From: Azolla caroliniana
Taxonomy: Eukaryota; Plantae; Polypodiophyta
DNA: 64,000 nt
Direction: 5' to 3'
Assembly (NCBI GenBank): GCA_043228905.1
Contig: JBHGNT010000013.1
Location: forward strand, 15,686,001 to 15,750,000
A program made the position numbers and the translations under genes. This document shows, piece by piece, positions 1 through 12,200 of this stretch. The stretch's first letter is position 1. Every line of letters begins with the position of its first letter. A model generated the notes under the pieces. The model saw nothing but the letters and a program-made list of their open reading frames with translations, did no database searches and was not told where the DNA came from.

Positions 1-499
1 ATCATTAACAATAATACTATTATCAATACTAACACAACAACACATCACCAAACCCACCATCACCACACCACATGTATATATTGTCATCTATAATATTCAC
101 AAAAACACTTCCACTACACATTATTTACTCTAGATTTTCCTAGCCTCATTAGTGATGCCCACCTCTCATAGAATACAACATCCCCAACATAGCTCATCAT
201 ATGTTCAAGGATGTCATCCATTGTCCTCCCCCCACACATTCACCACAATTGTCTCACATGTTAACTATTTGTCAGACATCTCAAATCCAACACTACAATT
301 TGAGGATATCTCACAAACCTATTGGAGATGTAGGAATAAAAGAGGTTAATCTTGTAGTACGATATAGATGCAATGTTTAAAAGCCTATATACCTTCCTAA
401 ATGCAAAGGAGATGTAATTGTAACAATGTTAAATACAGAGAACTATAAAATTAAACTATAAACCTTTTATAAGGGTTCTTCCCCCCACTACTTAGCTTC

Positions 500-1960
500 C
501 ACACACATCATTAGCCTATTGTAGATAACCTCATTTAGCACATCACCCACCACCACTTTTCGACACATAATTGCACAAGGATCAATTCATTGCACTAAAA
601 GCAAAGCAACAACAAGGTATCACACCCATTTTGGCTTGACCAATCTTTACCAACACTTACTTGATGGGTTTGAAACACAAACTGTGCTTCATAATGCATT
701 GGACAATATTAACAAGGGTGGAGGCCCAGTAACCACCTAAACCATCGTCATGTGACCCCCATCCCATTGTAATTTCTTCTACAACACATGGCTCCTCTTG
801 ACACATCTCTTTGAGTATTCACTAATTGGGGTAGAGCACACCATTGACATACATATAATCCCCCAAATTTATGTAGCCAAAGTTTATGAATAGTCTCGAG
901 AAAACCTAATTACCTCTTGAGAGTAGTATCGAGGCATTCCAAAGACCCATTCATGGAACCATTAGATGCCCAACCCCCATGGCAAGTACCCTAATTTGAC
1001 AATCATGAATTTCTATCCCTCAAGTATTTTGGACCAACCCCCATCTTCAAATTTCCATTTCCCCACAAGTGGTATTGATTTGATATCACTACAAGTCAAA
1101 GGATATCTCTCAACCTCCTTTTCAAGTGGTTGATACTCCTTTCCCCACCATCACATTACGATCCCATGAGTAATGCTCCCAATCATGGCCTTATTAAATG
1201 ACAAAAACATCAACAAAGTTGATCCTATCATTCAAGTAATGATTCAAATGCTCCAGGTCCAGGGATCCTCCTTGATAGTAACCCTACCTACATTCAACGT
1301 GCACCATCATCACATGAGGATCCCTTTGAGGAGCATATGCTTCGAATCATGGCCTTATTAAATGACAAAAACATTAACAAACATTATCCTATCATCCAAG
1401 CAACTGTTCGAACTCTCCAAACTTCTAGGGATCCTCCTTAATAGTAACCCTACATTCAAGATGGTTCAATATCACAAATGCATCTATCCTTGTTGGGTTT
1501 AACCCTCAACTAAAATCATGAACCTACACAATATCAACTTGCTAGCATATGGTTTTATTCTCAAGCTCACTCTACATATTTACGTGGCTCCGAAACTATG
1601 GTCAAGACCAAATTTGTTTGCACATATGCATGATTTTGGTGACAACCTTTATTTTTTACCTCTGAGATAGCTACTTACCACTTTTTTGTTAATATTGTCT
1701 TAAAATTGTCATGGTTAACCACACTCACAAGAAAAACCCATCGTACCTCATCATATGTTTTGCCTTTGTCTTTTCTCCACTCTTTCCACACCACCCAATA
1801 TATTGACTTTGTCGACTACCTTCCCCATCATTTTTGTCACTCGTCTAAACCGCCTCAAAACACAATCCCATGCCCCTCTAGTTCTTATTAACAAAAGGAA
1901 ACAACTATAACTAACACCTCTCCACTTGGGGGGTGCACCCAAGAATTTTCACTATTTAGG
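500..1960. mobile_element. Highly degenerate retrotransposon-like internal sequence
   Basis: No long ORF. It lies directly upstream of a polypurine tract and LTR-like segment and has an internal duplication (about 1180-1300 vs 1345-1460). No domain is recognisable; the call is inference from context. Confidence 0.3.
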
Positions 1961-1969
1961 TGGAGGAGA

Positions 1970-2273
1970 TGTTGAGGAGAGGAGAGTAATTGGGTACCCA
2001 AGCTTAGAGAAACCTCACGAATAAGCTTTTGAGACACAATGAGATATAGTCATAATAAACCCAAATGTACAAGAAATATATAGGTGAAAGTTGAAACTAT
2101 AAACCTTTCACTTTTCTTCTTAGCTTTTCATTGCTAGAGCTCTCTTTCTCTCTCTAATTTTAAACCTTGACCCTCTTTCTAATATTGACTTAAGCATTTA
2201 TCTTAAGTTCTCAATCTTAACTTTGTTGAGCATGATTAGCTTGTCCTCTCATTCAATAATAGAGGTGTTGACA
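1970..2273 (+). mobile_element. LTR-like segment with upstream polypurine tract
   Basis: The purine tract AGGTGGAGGAGA immediately precedes TGTTGA at 1970. The segment ends TTGACA at 2273, giving the TG...CA termini typical of LTRs. Confidence 0.5.
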
Positions 2274-2892
2274 TAAATTATTTCTAAGTAGTTAAGCGTG
2301 AATTAATACATTTCTTTGCATATTTAAACGTTAGCCTAAGTGAACAAACACATCATATTACTGTGATTGAGAGGAAATGATTCTATCTTACATTTGATTG
2401 GCCCATCAAGAGGGGTATTAAACCACATGGTCCTTGTTAATAAGGATTGATGGAAGCATAGTTTCAATCATTAGCGTAAGAAAAACACCCTCAAAGAATG
2501 ATAAATACCATACTTTTGGATTAACTATTTATTATGAGGTAAATAAGCCTAAAAAATGGAAGAAAACAAAAAAAAAACATTATAAAAATGGGAACGTCGA
2601 AAAACGAATGTTATGCAATTTTACGTACTATGGATGGAAGTATTACTCTCATTAGAGCTAAGTGCATATACCATCAATGTATAGCTTAACACAACATAGC
2701 TTCAAAATATATGGTAAATGTACACGCTCTAGATTTTATCCTTTTATCATTATGGTTGAAGGGTTTACATTGGTTTGGTTTAGTCAAGATATTTTATACG
2801 AATAAACAAAAACATATTGTTGTCCATAATTACAAGGAAATGAAACAAAGCACATAAGCCTCAATTGACCACAAGGTTGGTCACAAACAACA

Positions 2893-4008
2893 TCAAACCA
2901 AGCGATTTCGACCGCCAAAAGCTCGCAACCACCAAGGATTATAATGGCTGGTTGTAAATTTCGTTGGTAGGTGATGACTATAGCCTTGAAACCTGGTACT
3001 TGTGCCTAATAAAAGGTTCCCTAAACATGAGATTACAATCAAACCCACAACACTAAACAAGGGCCATGTTACCTCACTATGGGAGCCATGCCTAACATTG
3101 AGAAGATCTACATTAGTTTCATTTATTTCTACATTGACTAATGCAGACCTTGGGGCCATGGTTGTGATAATCGTTGTGTCTTCATCAATAACATCATCAA
3201 TAGTGGATGTATCTGTGATAGTACTACCATGATCTTCCACATAGACATGGTGCAATATATTACTTGAGTTTAATCTATATCTCTTGGTTTCTTCGCAATT
3301 GAGATCATCTGTGGGAAGCTCGAATCGGCAAAGCGGACATGAATTCCGAGTCTTGAGCCATGGCAGGATGCATGCACGATGATAAAGATGAAGACATGGA
3401 AGCTGTTGAACGAGCTCATTGAGCTTGAAATCATCTTTACACACGACGCATAAAGAAGAGGAGAACCTATTCACCATCTCATCTTTGTGTATAGAAACTA
3501 AAGGAAGGGCATCAATAGACGATTGAGAAGCACTAGACAGATCGGTTGCACTATTGCTATGCTGTCTTTCTGACGCATAATTTTCGGCAGCAGATATAAA
3601 TCTTCGGATTAAATCTTCCACATGATCCCATTGCTCGGTACTGGCTCCATTGATATTGATCTGGTATCCCATCTCATCTTCTACATAATCCAAGTTATAC
3701 ACTAGACTATCATCTTCTTCTTCGTCTTCATCGTCATGGTTATGATAACTGGCATGAACGTTACTGAACCGTTCATGGTCTACATCCCCAAAACCATCAT
3801 CATCCTCAACATCATCAATAACATCTTGGTCATCATATTCATTAGAAAATCTCATATCTGATGATGCACCAGACAACCAGCTTAACGAAGATGCAGCTAC
3901 ATTTCTTGCCTCCAGAAACTGTATAAATCTGAGTAGTTCTTGAGGAGACATGTCTGAGTCCGACAGGTCATGTCTTATGCTAACATCTGAAACATGAGCA
4001 GAATCCAT
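2893..4008 (-). CDS. RING-H2 E3 ubiquitin ligase with acidic N-terminus and a C-terminal hydrophobic segment (371 aa, intronless)
   Basis: RING-H2 motif CVVC...LPCLHLYHRACILPWLKTRNSCPLCRFELPTDD, preceded by SASQSSIDALP. Putative TM segment WPLFSVVGLIVISCLGNLLLG. TATA box on the minus strand at 4294-4300. Confidence 0.93.
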   Translation of the reverse strand: MDSAHVSDVSIRHDLSDSDMSPQELLRFIQFLEARNVAASSLSWLSGASSDMRFSNEYDDQDVIDDVEDDDGFGDVDHERFSNVHASYHNHDDEDEEEDDSLVYNLDYVEDEMGYQININGASTEQWDHVEDLIRRFISAAENYASERQHSNSATDLSSASQSSIDALPLVSIHKDEMVNRFSSSLCVVCKDDFKLNELVQQLPCLHLYHRACILPWLKTRNSCPLCRFELPTDDLNCEETKRYRLNSSNILHHVYVEDHGSTITDTSTIDDVIDEDTTIITTMAPRSALVNVEINETNVDLLNVRHGSHSEVTWPLFSVVGLIVISCLGNLLLGTSTRFQGYSHHLPTKFTTSHYNPWWLRAFGGRNRLV

Positions 4009-4293
4009 AGCTGACTCAACATGAACTAATAAGCTTCCATGGGGAGATGCAAAAACCGAGAAAAGAAGAATCTCTGGTTAAGAGGCTACGATGGGAGGCA
4101 GGAATGATTAATTAAAACAGAAGCTGAATGCAAGAAAGGAATATGATCAAACGAAGAGAAAAACGAGGCTAATTTATTTAAGAAAAGGAAAGCAGGGAGG
4201 CAGACAAGGTCCTCGCGGCTATGGCGGTACTGTCTGTGCACAGAAGGATATGGCGACCAACGACGAAGGAAGAAGCAGAGAGAAGGTCCGCTA

Positions 4294-4313
4294 TTTTATA
4301 CAGCCGCTGGTTT
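4294..4313 (-). promoter_or_regulatory. TATA box with adjacent HRPE-consensus element
   Basis: The minus strand reads AAAAACCAGCGGCTGTATAAAATAG. AAACCAGCGGC (4303-4313) matches the HRPE consensus AAACCA(G/C)(G/C)(G/C)GC, and TATAAAA is at 4294-4300. Confidence 0.55.
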
Positions 4314-4473
4314 TTCTTAAAAATAGAAATAACGTTTCGTTTTTTGTTTATTATTATTTATTTCTATTTTTCTCGCTAATTTAACAATCCGTTTGTGTTA
4401 GTTTTTTTAAACATGGCCTTTCTTTATTTGATTTATTACATTTCTGTCTCCCTCGGAAATAAAGAAGCTTCTC

Positions 4474-4660
4474 AGAGGTCATGGGTTCAAACCCCTTGCA
4501 TTTCATAGTGCCATCTAGTAAATTAAGAGGATATGTATGGAGTAATAGAGAGAGGTGAGAACTTTGGGTTCGAACCCAATACATAGTGCTAGTAGTGTAA
4601 CAACTTAGCCGCAAGGTAATTACGATTAAAAGCAAATAGAGAGAGCTAAAGAAGTGTCAT
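4474..4660 (+). mobile_element. tRNA-derived SINE-like element, copy 1 (5' truncated)
   Basis: Aligns with 58150-58326 (GGTCATGGGTTCAA...CATCTAGT...TATGGAGTAA...GGGTT...AACCCAA...ATAGTG). Contains the B-box-like GGTTCAAACCC and GGTTCGAACCC. Confidence 0.6.
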
Positions 4661-4995
4661 GTTTGTCAGTTTTTGCCACCGCAGTCTCCACAACTCCTCT
4701 TGCATACCTCATGATTTTTTCGAGAATCTTGTCGGACTTTCTCGAGATGAATTTTTCTCATGTTTCATCCACAAAAAATGAAGCCTACCAAACCGTTAGC
4801 CTTAAGGTAATTATGATTAAATAGAAAAGAGAGAGCTAAAGATGTGTCGTGTTTGTCTGTTTTCGCCACTAAAGTCTCCACTACTCACTCCTCTTGCCCG
4901 CCTCATGATTTTTTTCGAGAATCTTGACGGATTTTATCAAGATGAATTTTCATCGTGCTTCATCTATTGATATGGAAGATGAAGCCCATCAAACC
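4605..4995 (+). repeat. Tandem duplication, unit about 190 bp
   Basis: TTAGCC...AAGGTAATTA...GAGAGAGCTAAAGA...GTCTCCACA...CTCATGATTTTTT starts at 4605 and again at 4796. Confidence 0.85.
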
Positions 4996-6860
4996 ATGAC
5001 ATCATCTGCATTTTGCTTTTCGTCCGAATCAATCCCCCCCCCCCCCCACACACACATACTACCTTGTCTAAAAAAACAAAACAGATCAATTTGATTCCGC
5101 TTTCCTTAATTTTAATATTAAGTTTCCAATCGTTCCACACATCATTGTTTGTGTTGTACAGGGCTTGTGTGCTCATAACTTTGTCATCATATATCTCTCA
5201 AACATCCGACACTATTATGTTTCTTTTCTATGCGTCCACTTTTACAAGCAATCCAAGTGCTTCAGTACAAAAGCCGAATGACATAACCCCATATTTTTCA
5301 ATTAGAAAAATGGTTTCAGTTGATCTTAATCAGACTCATATGGTTGTATCATACGCAAGAAGTCGCATTTTTCTTCAAAGGACATTCATTTATATCAATT
5401 AGGCTTATGAATGGATAGGCCACTAGTATTATTTTTACACGTAAAACAAGAACACCATGTGCAAGTTGGGTGTATTAATAATATATATGTCTAATTCACA
5501 AGCTTGAGCATGAGAAGCCAATGGGCTTCTACTTGTAGTAGTGTAAGGCACCCATACTTGATATCCTTTCTGGGCCTACCCAAAGAGCAAAGCCATTTAC
5601 GCAATGTAATGATATATACCTTTCTCATATCTCTCTCCTCATCTATTTTGTAGTGGAATCTATAGATATTTTTATTTGCACTGAATTGACATCTATTCTC
5701 TACATATTACATTCACATCCTTTCTCACTTGTCCCTTAATAATCCTTATGCCACACAAATGAAGCTTTTGTTTCACTTGTTTTTTCTCATTCCTCATATT
5801 ATACCTATATGCAATTTAAAATATATTTCGCTCTCATAGTTAGTGATATAAAACTTTCCCCACTAGCTACCTCAATTCTCTAGGAAATCAATGTCATGCA
5901 AAATACACAATTTGTTATTTCTAGCGGTACTTTTAAATTTGGAAGTGTAATTAAATTAGTCTCTTTAAGTGTAATAAAATATTGGTGATCTATATTGGAA
6001 ATATTTGTTCGACTCCTTGTCTAATCTCCATGCCTTCTCGTGGTCTTTCTTTGTTCATTAAGTAATGAGAATAACTCCTAATGACCTTGGAGACTTGGAG
6101 TTATTCTTTACTACCCCAAATTAGCCCTACCATTTATGTTACACCCCAAACAAAACCAATCAATCCCTCAAAAGAGCAACTATTAGCACAATTTTATGGT
6201 CCATCAATGCCCTTATTTTTTTTCCGTCTCTTTCAAGTGTTCAATGATGGCATAAAGAAATGGCATTGTGAAGGAGAATAAAGAAAACATGAGCACTATT
6301 TTTAAGGTTTACACTATAACAAACCCCTCTTGCGTGATATTGGCATGACATTATGTATATGCATGCCTATGGTACACTTAAAAAACAAAAAAGAAAGAAA
6401 GAAGCACAGCTTTCCTCAAAACTACGCTAGCAAAAGAGAGAGGTCTCTCTCTCTCTCTCCCCCCCCCCCCCCCCCACCCCACCAAATGCTGTGACTCAAA
6501 GATCATTTGCCCTAAAAGAAACTACATAACATTGAAAGGTTTCAGGAAATCCTATGTTTGGTGGACTATTGAGACCCGAAAGTTTCTGAAATCCTCGGAA
6601 AAAATCTCGACATGCACAAGAAGCCGAGTGTGTGTGTGGCCAGTGGCCGGTGGCCAAGAGACATTTGTCCACCCCAAGAGACATTTGGCCCCTTCCCAAG
6701 AGACATGCGTAGAACCATAGGCATAGAAATAGAAATAGAAAGATTATGAAGAGACTATTTTGATGATACATACATATAGCTAGAGACTATTTTGCTCATA
6801 CATATGTATATAGTTAGTTAGTTCTGCCTCCCCTCCTTCGGTCCCTCCTCTTCTCTGTGA

Positions 6861-9242
6861 ATGCGAGGAGCTAGGCTCTGCAGGAACACTCGCTCTGATC
6901 TGCACGACGCCATCGTCAAAGCATCGAACAGCTACCTTCTGGGAGCTCCCATCACCAGAGACACTATCTATGGCCTCTTACGACTATGCTCGCACAAGAA
7001 AGACCTGGTGGCCACCAGACAAATACAGAGTCTCATGTTCCTCTTGGGACTTGAATCTGTCTCTTCCCTCTCCGATCACCTTATCCGCATTTTCACCTCC
7101 TGTGGTAGCTTCCTTGAAGCTTTACGGTCGTTTTCGATGATCTCGAAACCTAGTGTTTATTCATGGAGTGCCATCATCTCTTCTCATGCTGACTTTGGAA
7201 GAGGAAATGAAGCTTTCCAGCTCTTTATTGATATGCAAAACTCTGGAATTTCTCCAGATAAGGTCGTCTTTCTGTGCATTTTGAGAGTTTGTGGTCATGT
7301 CAGAGCTCTAGAATGTGGTAAAATTATACATCATCAGGTTGTTGAATCTGGGGTCGAATCCGATGTGGCCATTTCGAGTGCCCTGATTGTGGCATATACA
7401 AATTGTGACCATATCGAGGATGCTGGAAAAGTGTTTGATAATGTTCGGATTGCTGATGAAGTGATATATGGTGCTATGATTACTGGATACACTAAAAACG
7501 ACCAAGGCTTTGCGGCTTTAGGTTTATTTGAGAGGATGTTGAAGAAAGGAATTGTTATAAACGAAGTCATATATAGCTGCATTTTTAAAGCGTGTATTTG
7601 CACTGGGGAAATTGAGTGGGGAATGATTATTCATCATCAAGTACTGGAAAATGCAGTGGATACTGACGTCTTTGTTGGGAGCTCTCTTATTGATATGTAC
7701 TCAAAAGGTGGCCATTTAATGGAGGCTAGAAAAGTATTTGATCTTCTTCCAACTCGAAACATAGTTTCATGGGGGGCGATGATTGGTGGATATGCTCAAT
7801 GTGGAGAGGGGTTTTCGGCACTTTTGCTCTCTGAAAAAATGCAACATGATGGTCTAAAGCCAGATAAATGGTTACTTTCGCATGCATTGAAAGCATGTGA
7901 AAGTATAGGACTGTTAAAGTATTGTAGAGTTTTACATGACCTAATTATCAAGACTAGTGTGGATTCAGACATTCTTATTGGTAATACCCTCGTTGAAGTT
8001 TATGGCATCCAGGGTAGTTTGATGGAAGGATATAATAGCTTTAAAAAACTTATCACGAAAAATACCGATTCATGGAATGCGTTAATTGAAGGATATGCTG
8101 TGAATGGACATTCCCTTCGTGTTATTGAACTTTTTGAAGAAATGCAAAGACAGGGATTTGTATCCAACCATATCACATACTTGCATCTTCTAAAAGCATG
8201 TAGCAACACTTGGGAGAAAGACAAGGCAAGGGAGTTACATAGTCAGATAATGAGAATTGGGCTGGAATCAGATGGCAGTATTGGCAGTAGCTTAATCGAC
8301 ATGTATGCCAAAAGACATTTTCTAGAAGAAGCCCAGAAAGTGTTTGATGGAATACACGATAAGGATGTGGTGTCTTGGGGTGCATTGTTGTCAGCATATA
8401 GTGAACATGGGCATTGCTCCTATGTTTGTGAGCTTTATGATGAAATGAAACTTAAAGGTATTAAACCGGACAAGGCCGTCTTCCTATGTATTCTGAAAGC
8501 GTGTGGCATTACAGGCTCATTGAAGCAAGGGCACCAAGTACACTATGAGGTGATAAGATGTAATCTGGAATTAGGTCTAACTGTCGGAAACACAATCATT
8601 GATATGTATGCCAAATGTGGAAGCTTGGATGAAGCCAGAAAAATATTCTATAGCTTACCTAATCAGGATGAGGTGTCATGGGCAGCCCTTATTGGGGGAT
8701 ATGGAAGACATGGCTATTGTGGTGAAGTTGGGCGATTCATCGGTGCCATGAAAGAAAATGGATTAACACCAAAGAGATCAATATTTACTAGCCTTCTTGC
8801 TGCTTGCAGTCATACAGGAGAGTTGGAAGATGGTCTAGTATACTTCAATACCATGGTGGAGGTTGGTATTGAGCCAGCTATGGAACATTACAGTTGCATG
8901 GCTGACCTTCTTGGTCGGAAAGGATGCTTGAATGAGGCCAAGGATGTTCTCCAAAGCATGCCTGTTCCTCCAGACATTGTTGTGTGGATGTCCATGCTTA
9001 CAGGATGCAGAACATATGGAGAAGTAGACAGTGGTGGGGAATGCTTTGATTATATCAGCCAAATGGATGTGAATGATTCTTTGGAACATGTTCTCACGTG
9101 GAATATCGATGGTAAGGACTGGATGTGGAGAGGATGCCATGAAATTGCGTCATCTTCATTTAAGCAGCACCGAGGTCTATTAACAATCGGTAACAAAGCA
9201 CATGACATTGTCACAGGATGCGATACGTCTTCCATAACTTAG
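6861..9242 (+). CDS. PLS-class pentatricopeptide repeat protein with degenerate E domains (organellar RNA-editing factor type)
   Basis: 793-aa intronless ORF with six P-L-S triplets (e.g. DVFVGSSLIDMYSKGG, NIVSWGAMIGGY, GNTIIDMYAKCGSLDEA, EHYSCMADLLGRKG). E1 is PDIVVWMSMLTGC, followed by a degenerate E2/PG-box-like tail. No in-frame DYW domain. Confidence 0.95.
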   Translation: MRGARLCRNTRSDLHDAIVKASNSYLLGAPITRDTIYGLLRLCSHKKDLVATRQIQSLMFLLGLESVSSLSDHLIRIFTSCGSFLEALRSFSMISKPSVYSWSAIISSHADFGRGNEAFQLFIDMQNSGISPDKVVFLCILRVCGHVRALECGKIIHHQVVESGVESDVAISSALIVAYTNCDHIEDAGKVFDNVRIADEVIYGAMITGYTKNDQGFAALGLFERMLKKGIVINEVIYSCIFKACICTGEIEWGMIIHHQVLENAVDTDVFVGSSLIDMYSKGGHLMEARKVFDLLPTRNIVSWGAMIGGYAQCGEGFSALLLSEKMQHDGLKPDKWLLSHALKACESIGLLKYCRVLHDLIIKTSVDSDILIGNTLVEVYGIQGSLMEGYNSFKKLITKNTDSWNALIEGYAVNGHSLRVIELFEEMQRQGFVSNHITYLHLLKACSNTWEKDKARELHSQIMRIGLESDGSIGSSLIDMYAKRHFLEEAQKVFDGIHDKDVVSWGALLSAYSEHGHCSYVCELYDEMKLKGIKPDKAVFLCILKACGITGSLKQGHQVHYEVIRCNLELGLTVGNTIIDMYAKCGSLDEARKIFYSLPNQDEVSWAALIGGYGRHGYCGEVGRFIGAMKENGLTPKRSIFTSLLAACSHTGELEDGLVYFNTMVEVGIEPAMEHYSCMADLLGRKGCLNEAKDVLQSMPVPPDIVVWMSMLTGCRTYGEVDSGGECFDYISQMDVNDSLEHVLTWNIDGKDWMWRGCHEIASSSFKQHRGLLTIGNKAHDIVTGCDTSSIT

Positions 9243-12200
9243 GAAGAATAATCTCATCTTTGAAAGGGACGGACATGAACCAAAATTATTAGTGGACATA
9301 GCAGAGATGAGCATTCATAAAACATTGCACCAAGAGCAGCAATCGCTTAAGGAACCCACTAATTTTATTCATCGGGTAAATATAGACCAGTGGAACTGTT
9401 ATAAGGCTGGAAGTTCTTTACAATGTTCCTATGATCATCATTCTTGTTTATAGTTTGGAAGGTATATCAAATCTTCTGAACTCTTTTTATCTGCAGGCCT
9501 GCTACTTTGAAAAATGCGAAGAACTCCATTTTGGAATATGTGCCATCGATGCAAAGGAGATAAATAACGATCATAAAAGGCACCAAGAATGTTTCTAAAA
9601 ATAGATCATGGCTGTTTTCACCCAAACGGTTAATGATATAAGTGATTCAACACAAATGAGTTTCAAATCTATTTGGTGAAAGTTGGAATGCTCAATGGTA
9701 TTGGGCTATTCAAGATGATTTCTTTGTGCAATTATCTGCACCTACATGTATGCAATCTTCAAAACGCTCTTGCTAAGGTTTTCTAGAAAAGGCGGTGACA
9801 TCATGGATAGAGGGTTTCAATGAAAAAGGATAGTCCTCTGTCTAAATTTTTTGTGAGTTTTGACTTCGTTTGGCCTTTTGTTGGAGGTACTAACCATGTT
9901 GGTACAACCCTTATTTGAACGATCTATAGAGGTTGCAGCAGCTGAATGACAATGGCCTCTTGTTTTCCACCCCAAAACTGTGAATCAAGCCATTAGTCAT
10001 GAAATGCTTTATCAAACAATGCATCACCTCCAAATCTACGGGATTGACCATTTGTGATGCTAATTTTCTAATAACATATTTAATATTGCAGGAAGTTTGA
10101 TGGGGAAATTTTGATTTAACCTCCCTCGATCATGCTGGAAGCCTGCGATATGAACTAATAACATTCTTTGTGTGAGGTTTCCAACTCCTTATGGGTTTTT
10201 TCCCACCAATAATACAATGTATTTTTAAAAACAATGTGCATATTTCTATGTTATTGTGTTGAGAGATGATGAAAAATGATATTTTAGTGTGAAATTGAGG
10301 GAGAGATTAGGATAATAAAAGAGTGGGAGATTTCATAATCATACTCAAAAGTCAAATATGATGTATGAGACAAAAAGTGAAACAATTTCACATGGTGTGT
10401 ATGGAGTTGGGCAACTTCAAGAATTTCACTAATCAATGTTTGTTGTCATTGTTAGGAAAATGTGTGTAGGGATAGAATGAACCTGACAATGTGGAAAGAA
10501 TATTTATGTGATTGAAGGTGGGACATTATAGTAGTGTGTGATACATAGACCCACTCGAGTCACAATGCTCTCATCATATAGAAGCAATGGTGTGGATGGT
10601 GAACAAAGGGATGATTGTTAGCATGTATGGACGAGTGAGTTAGTCCATTCAAAGAACAAGATGATTTTATAGTTTTCAGTGTGACATTTTGCATCTATAT
10701 GAAACCTAGAATTCTGGCTTTGGTGTGTATTTTTTATCTTTTGACTTGGTTCTCATGTGATTGTAGGAAGTCAATGTGAGGGGATATTTTAACATTAACC
10801 AAATGTATAATAGCCATTTCCATTACTGTAACCTCACTACCAAAAGATCTAATCTTATGATATTGGTGCATGTATGGCATTTATATTTTGAGTGAAGAAA
10901 CTTTTTAAGACAATGCTTTTGGACATTTTCAAGCTCTTTTCCCATGGACTTACCAAAACAACTACCCCATATTTTATCCCCATAAGTAAAATATTGGTGT
11001 CAACAAGGTCCCCATTACATTCTTAAGAACCCAACATTTGGTTTCTCCTCCATTTCCTATGGTCTCAAATGCATCATAAGACCACTTTCACACTTCCAAG
11101 TGGCTAATAGCAATTTCATTTCATCTAAGATTGGAGAGAGAGATTGTGTGTGATGACATGAAAAGGTGAAAAAAAAATATAGTTGGTGTCTTGTGACAAG
11201 CTAGGTATATAATTATGACACGAAAAAATCCCAAGCAAGAAGTTAAATTTTAGGTGTTTTCTTTTATTCTTAGTGAAGTAGTTATGAATGCTAATTTTCT
11301 CTTGGTTATTGTAGGCTAAGAATTCCACTCTCTTACCACTAGAACCTCTTCTACGAAGACAAGTTTGATTTAAAATTGTTAAACGAATGACATGAATATT
11401 AGTAGGAAATGGTTGATAGCCATCTAGAAATTTGACTTTAAGGAACAAATAAGAAAATTTTCCATTGGGGTCAAAAAGTTTGCCCAATCAAGCATCTTGA
11501 TTGGTCATCCTCTATTCATAGTTTATAATATTACTTTTGATCATTGTATAATCATCTCCCATGTTACTAACATATTCTTCTTTGTTTGTTTTCTCTCTCT
11601 CTCTCTCTCATGCACACACACATAATCTAATTACTAATATTTGTGTATACATACATGGGCCTCTATGGAACTACCCTTACTTATTACATAATTGCCTACT
11701 TACTTGATCCTTTTTTACTTACAATGTTGCAATCGTTGCGTATTCAAAAAGTAAGCAAAGAGTAATAATTCATGTGGAATCCACAACGAGTATCTTGAAC
11801 CTAGCACATTTTGATGATTACAAACCGATGCCCATTTGCTCAATAAGATATGCCCTTTACTTTGTGCCAGGCTTCATTAATGATGCCACAAAGAAAGTAC
11901 CGGGTAATGGAGAATAGAGTGAAGCTAAAACCTTCTATCTATTCGACCAAAGTTTATCAGATAGTGGAACTCATCACTAATGTTCCACTATCTCATAAAC
12001 TCGGAGGTTGTGGAAACAATGTCAACTATTATCTTGTGGAAAATCCTCTAGTCTAAAAATAGCACATGTATGTTATTTTTGGACAACAAAAAGCATTACA
12101 TTATGAACACAAGCTACAAACATATTAACACATTGCTCGTATGCACAAGTATCCATGCGAAGTTCAATCTAAATTCAAGAATGCATTTTTCTTGGATGTA

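Noticed and set aside
11867-11878. CCAGGCTTCATT, a 12-nt match to miR166
   Set aside because: The flanking bases do not match the mature miRNA and no fold-back partner is visible.
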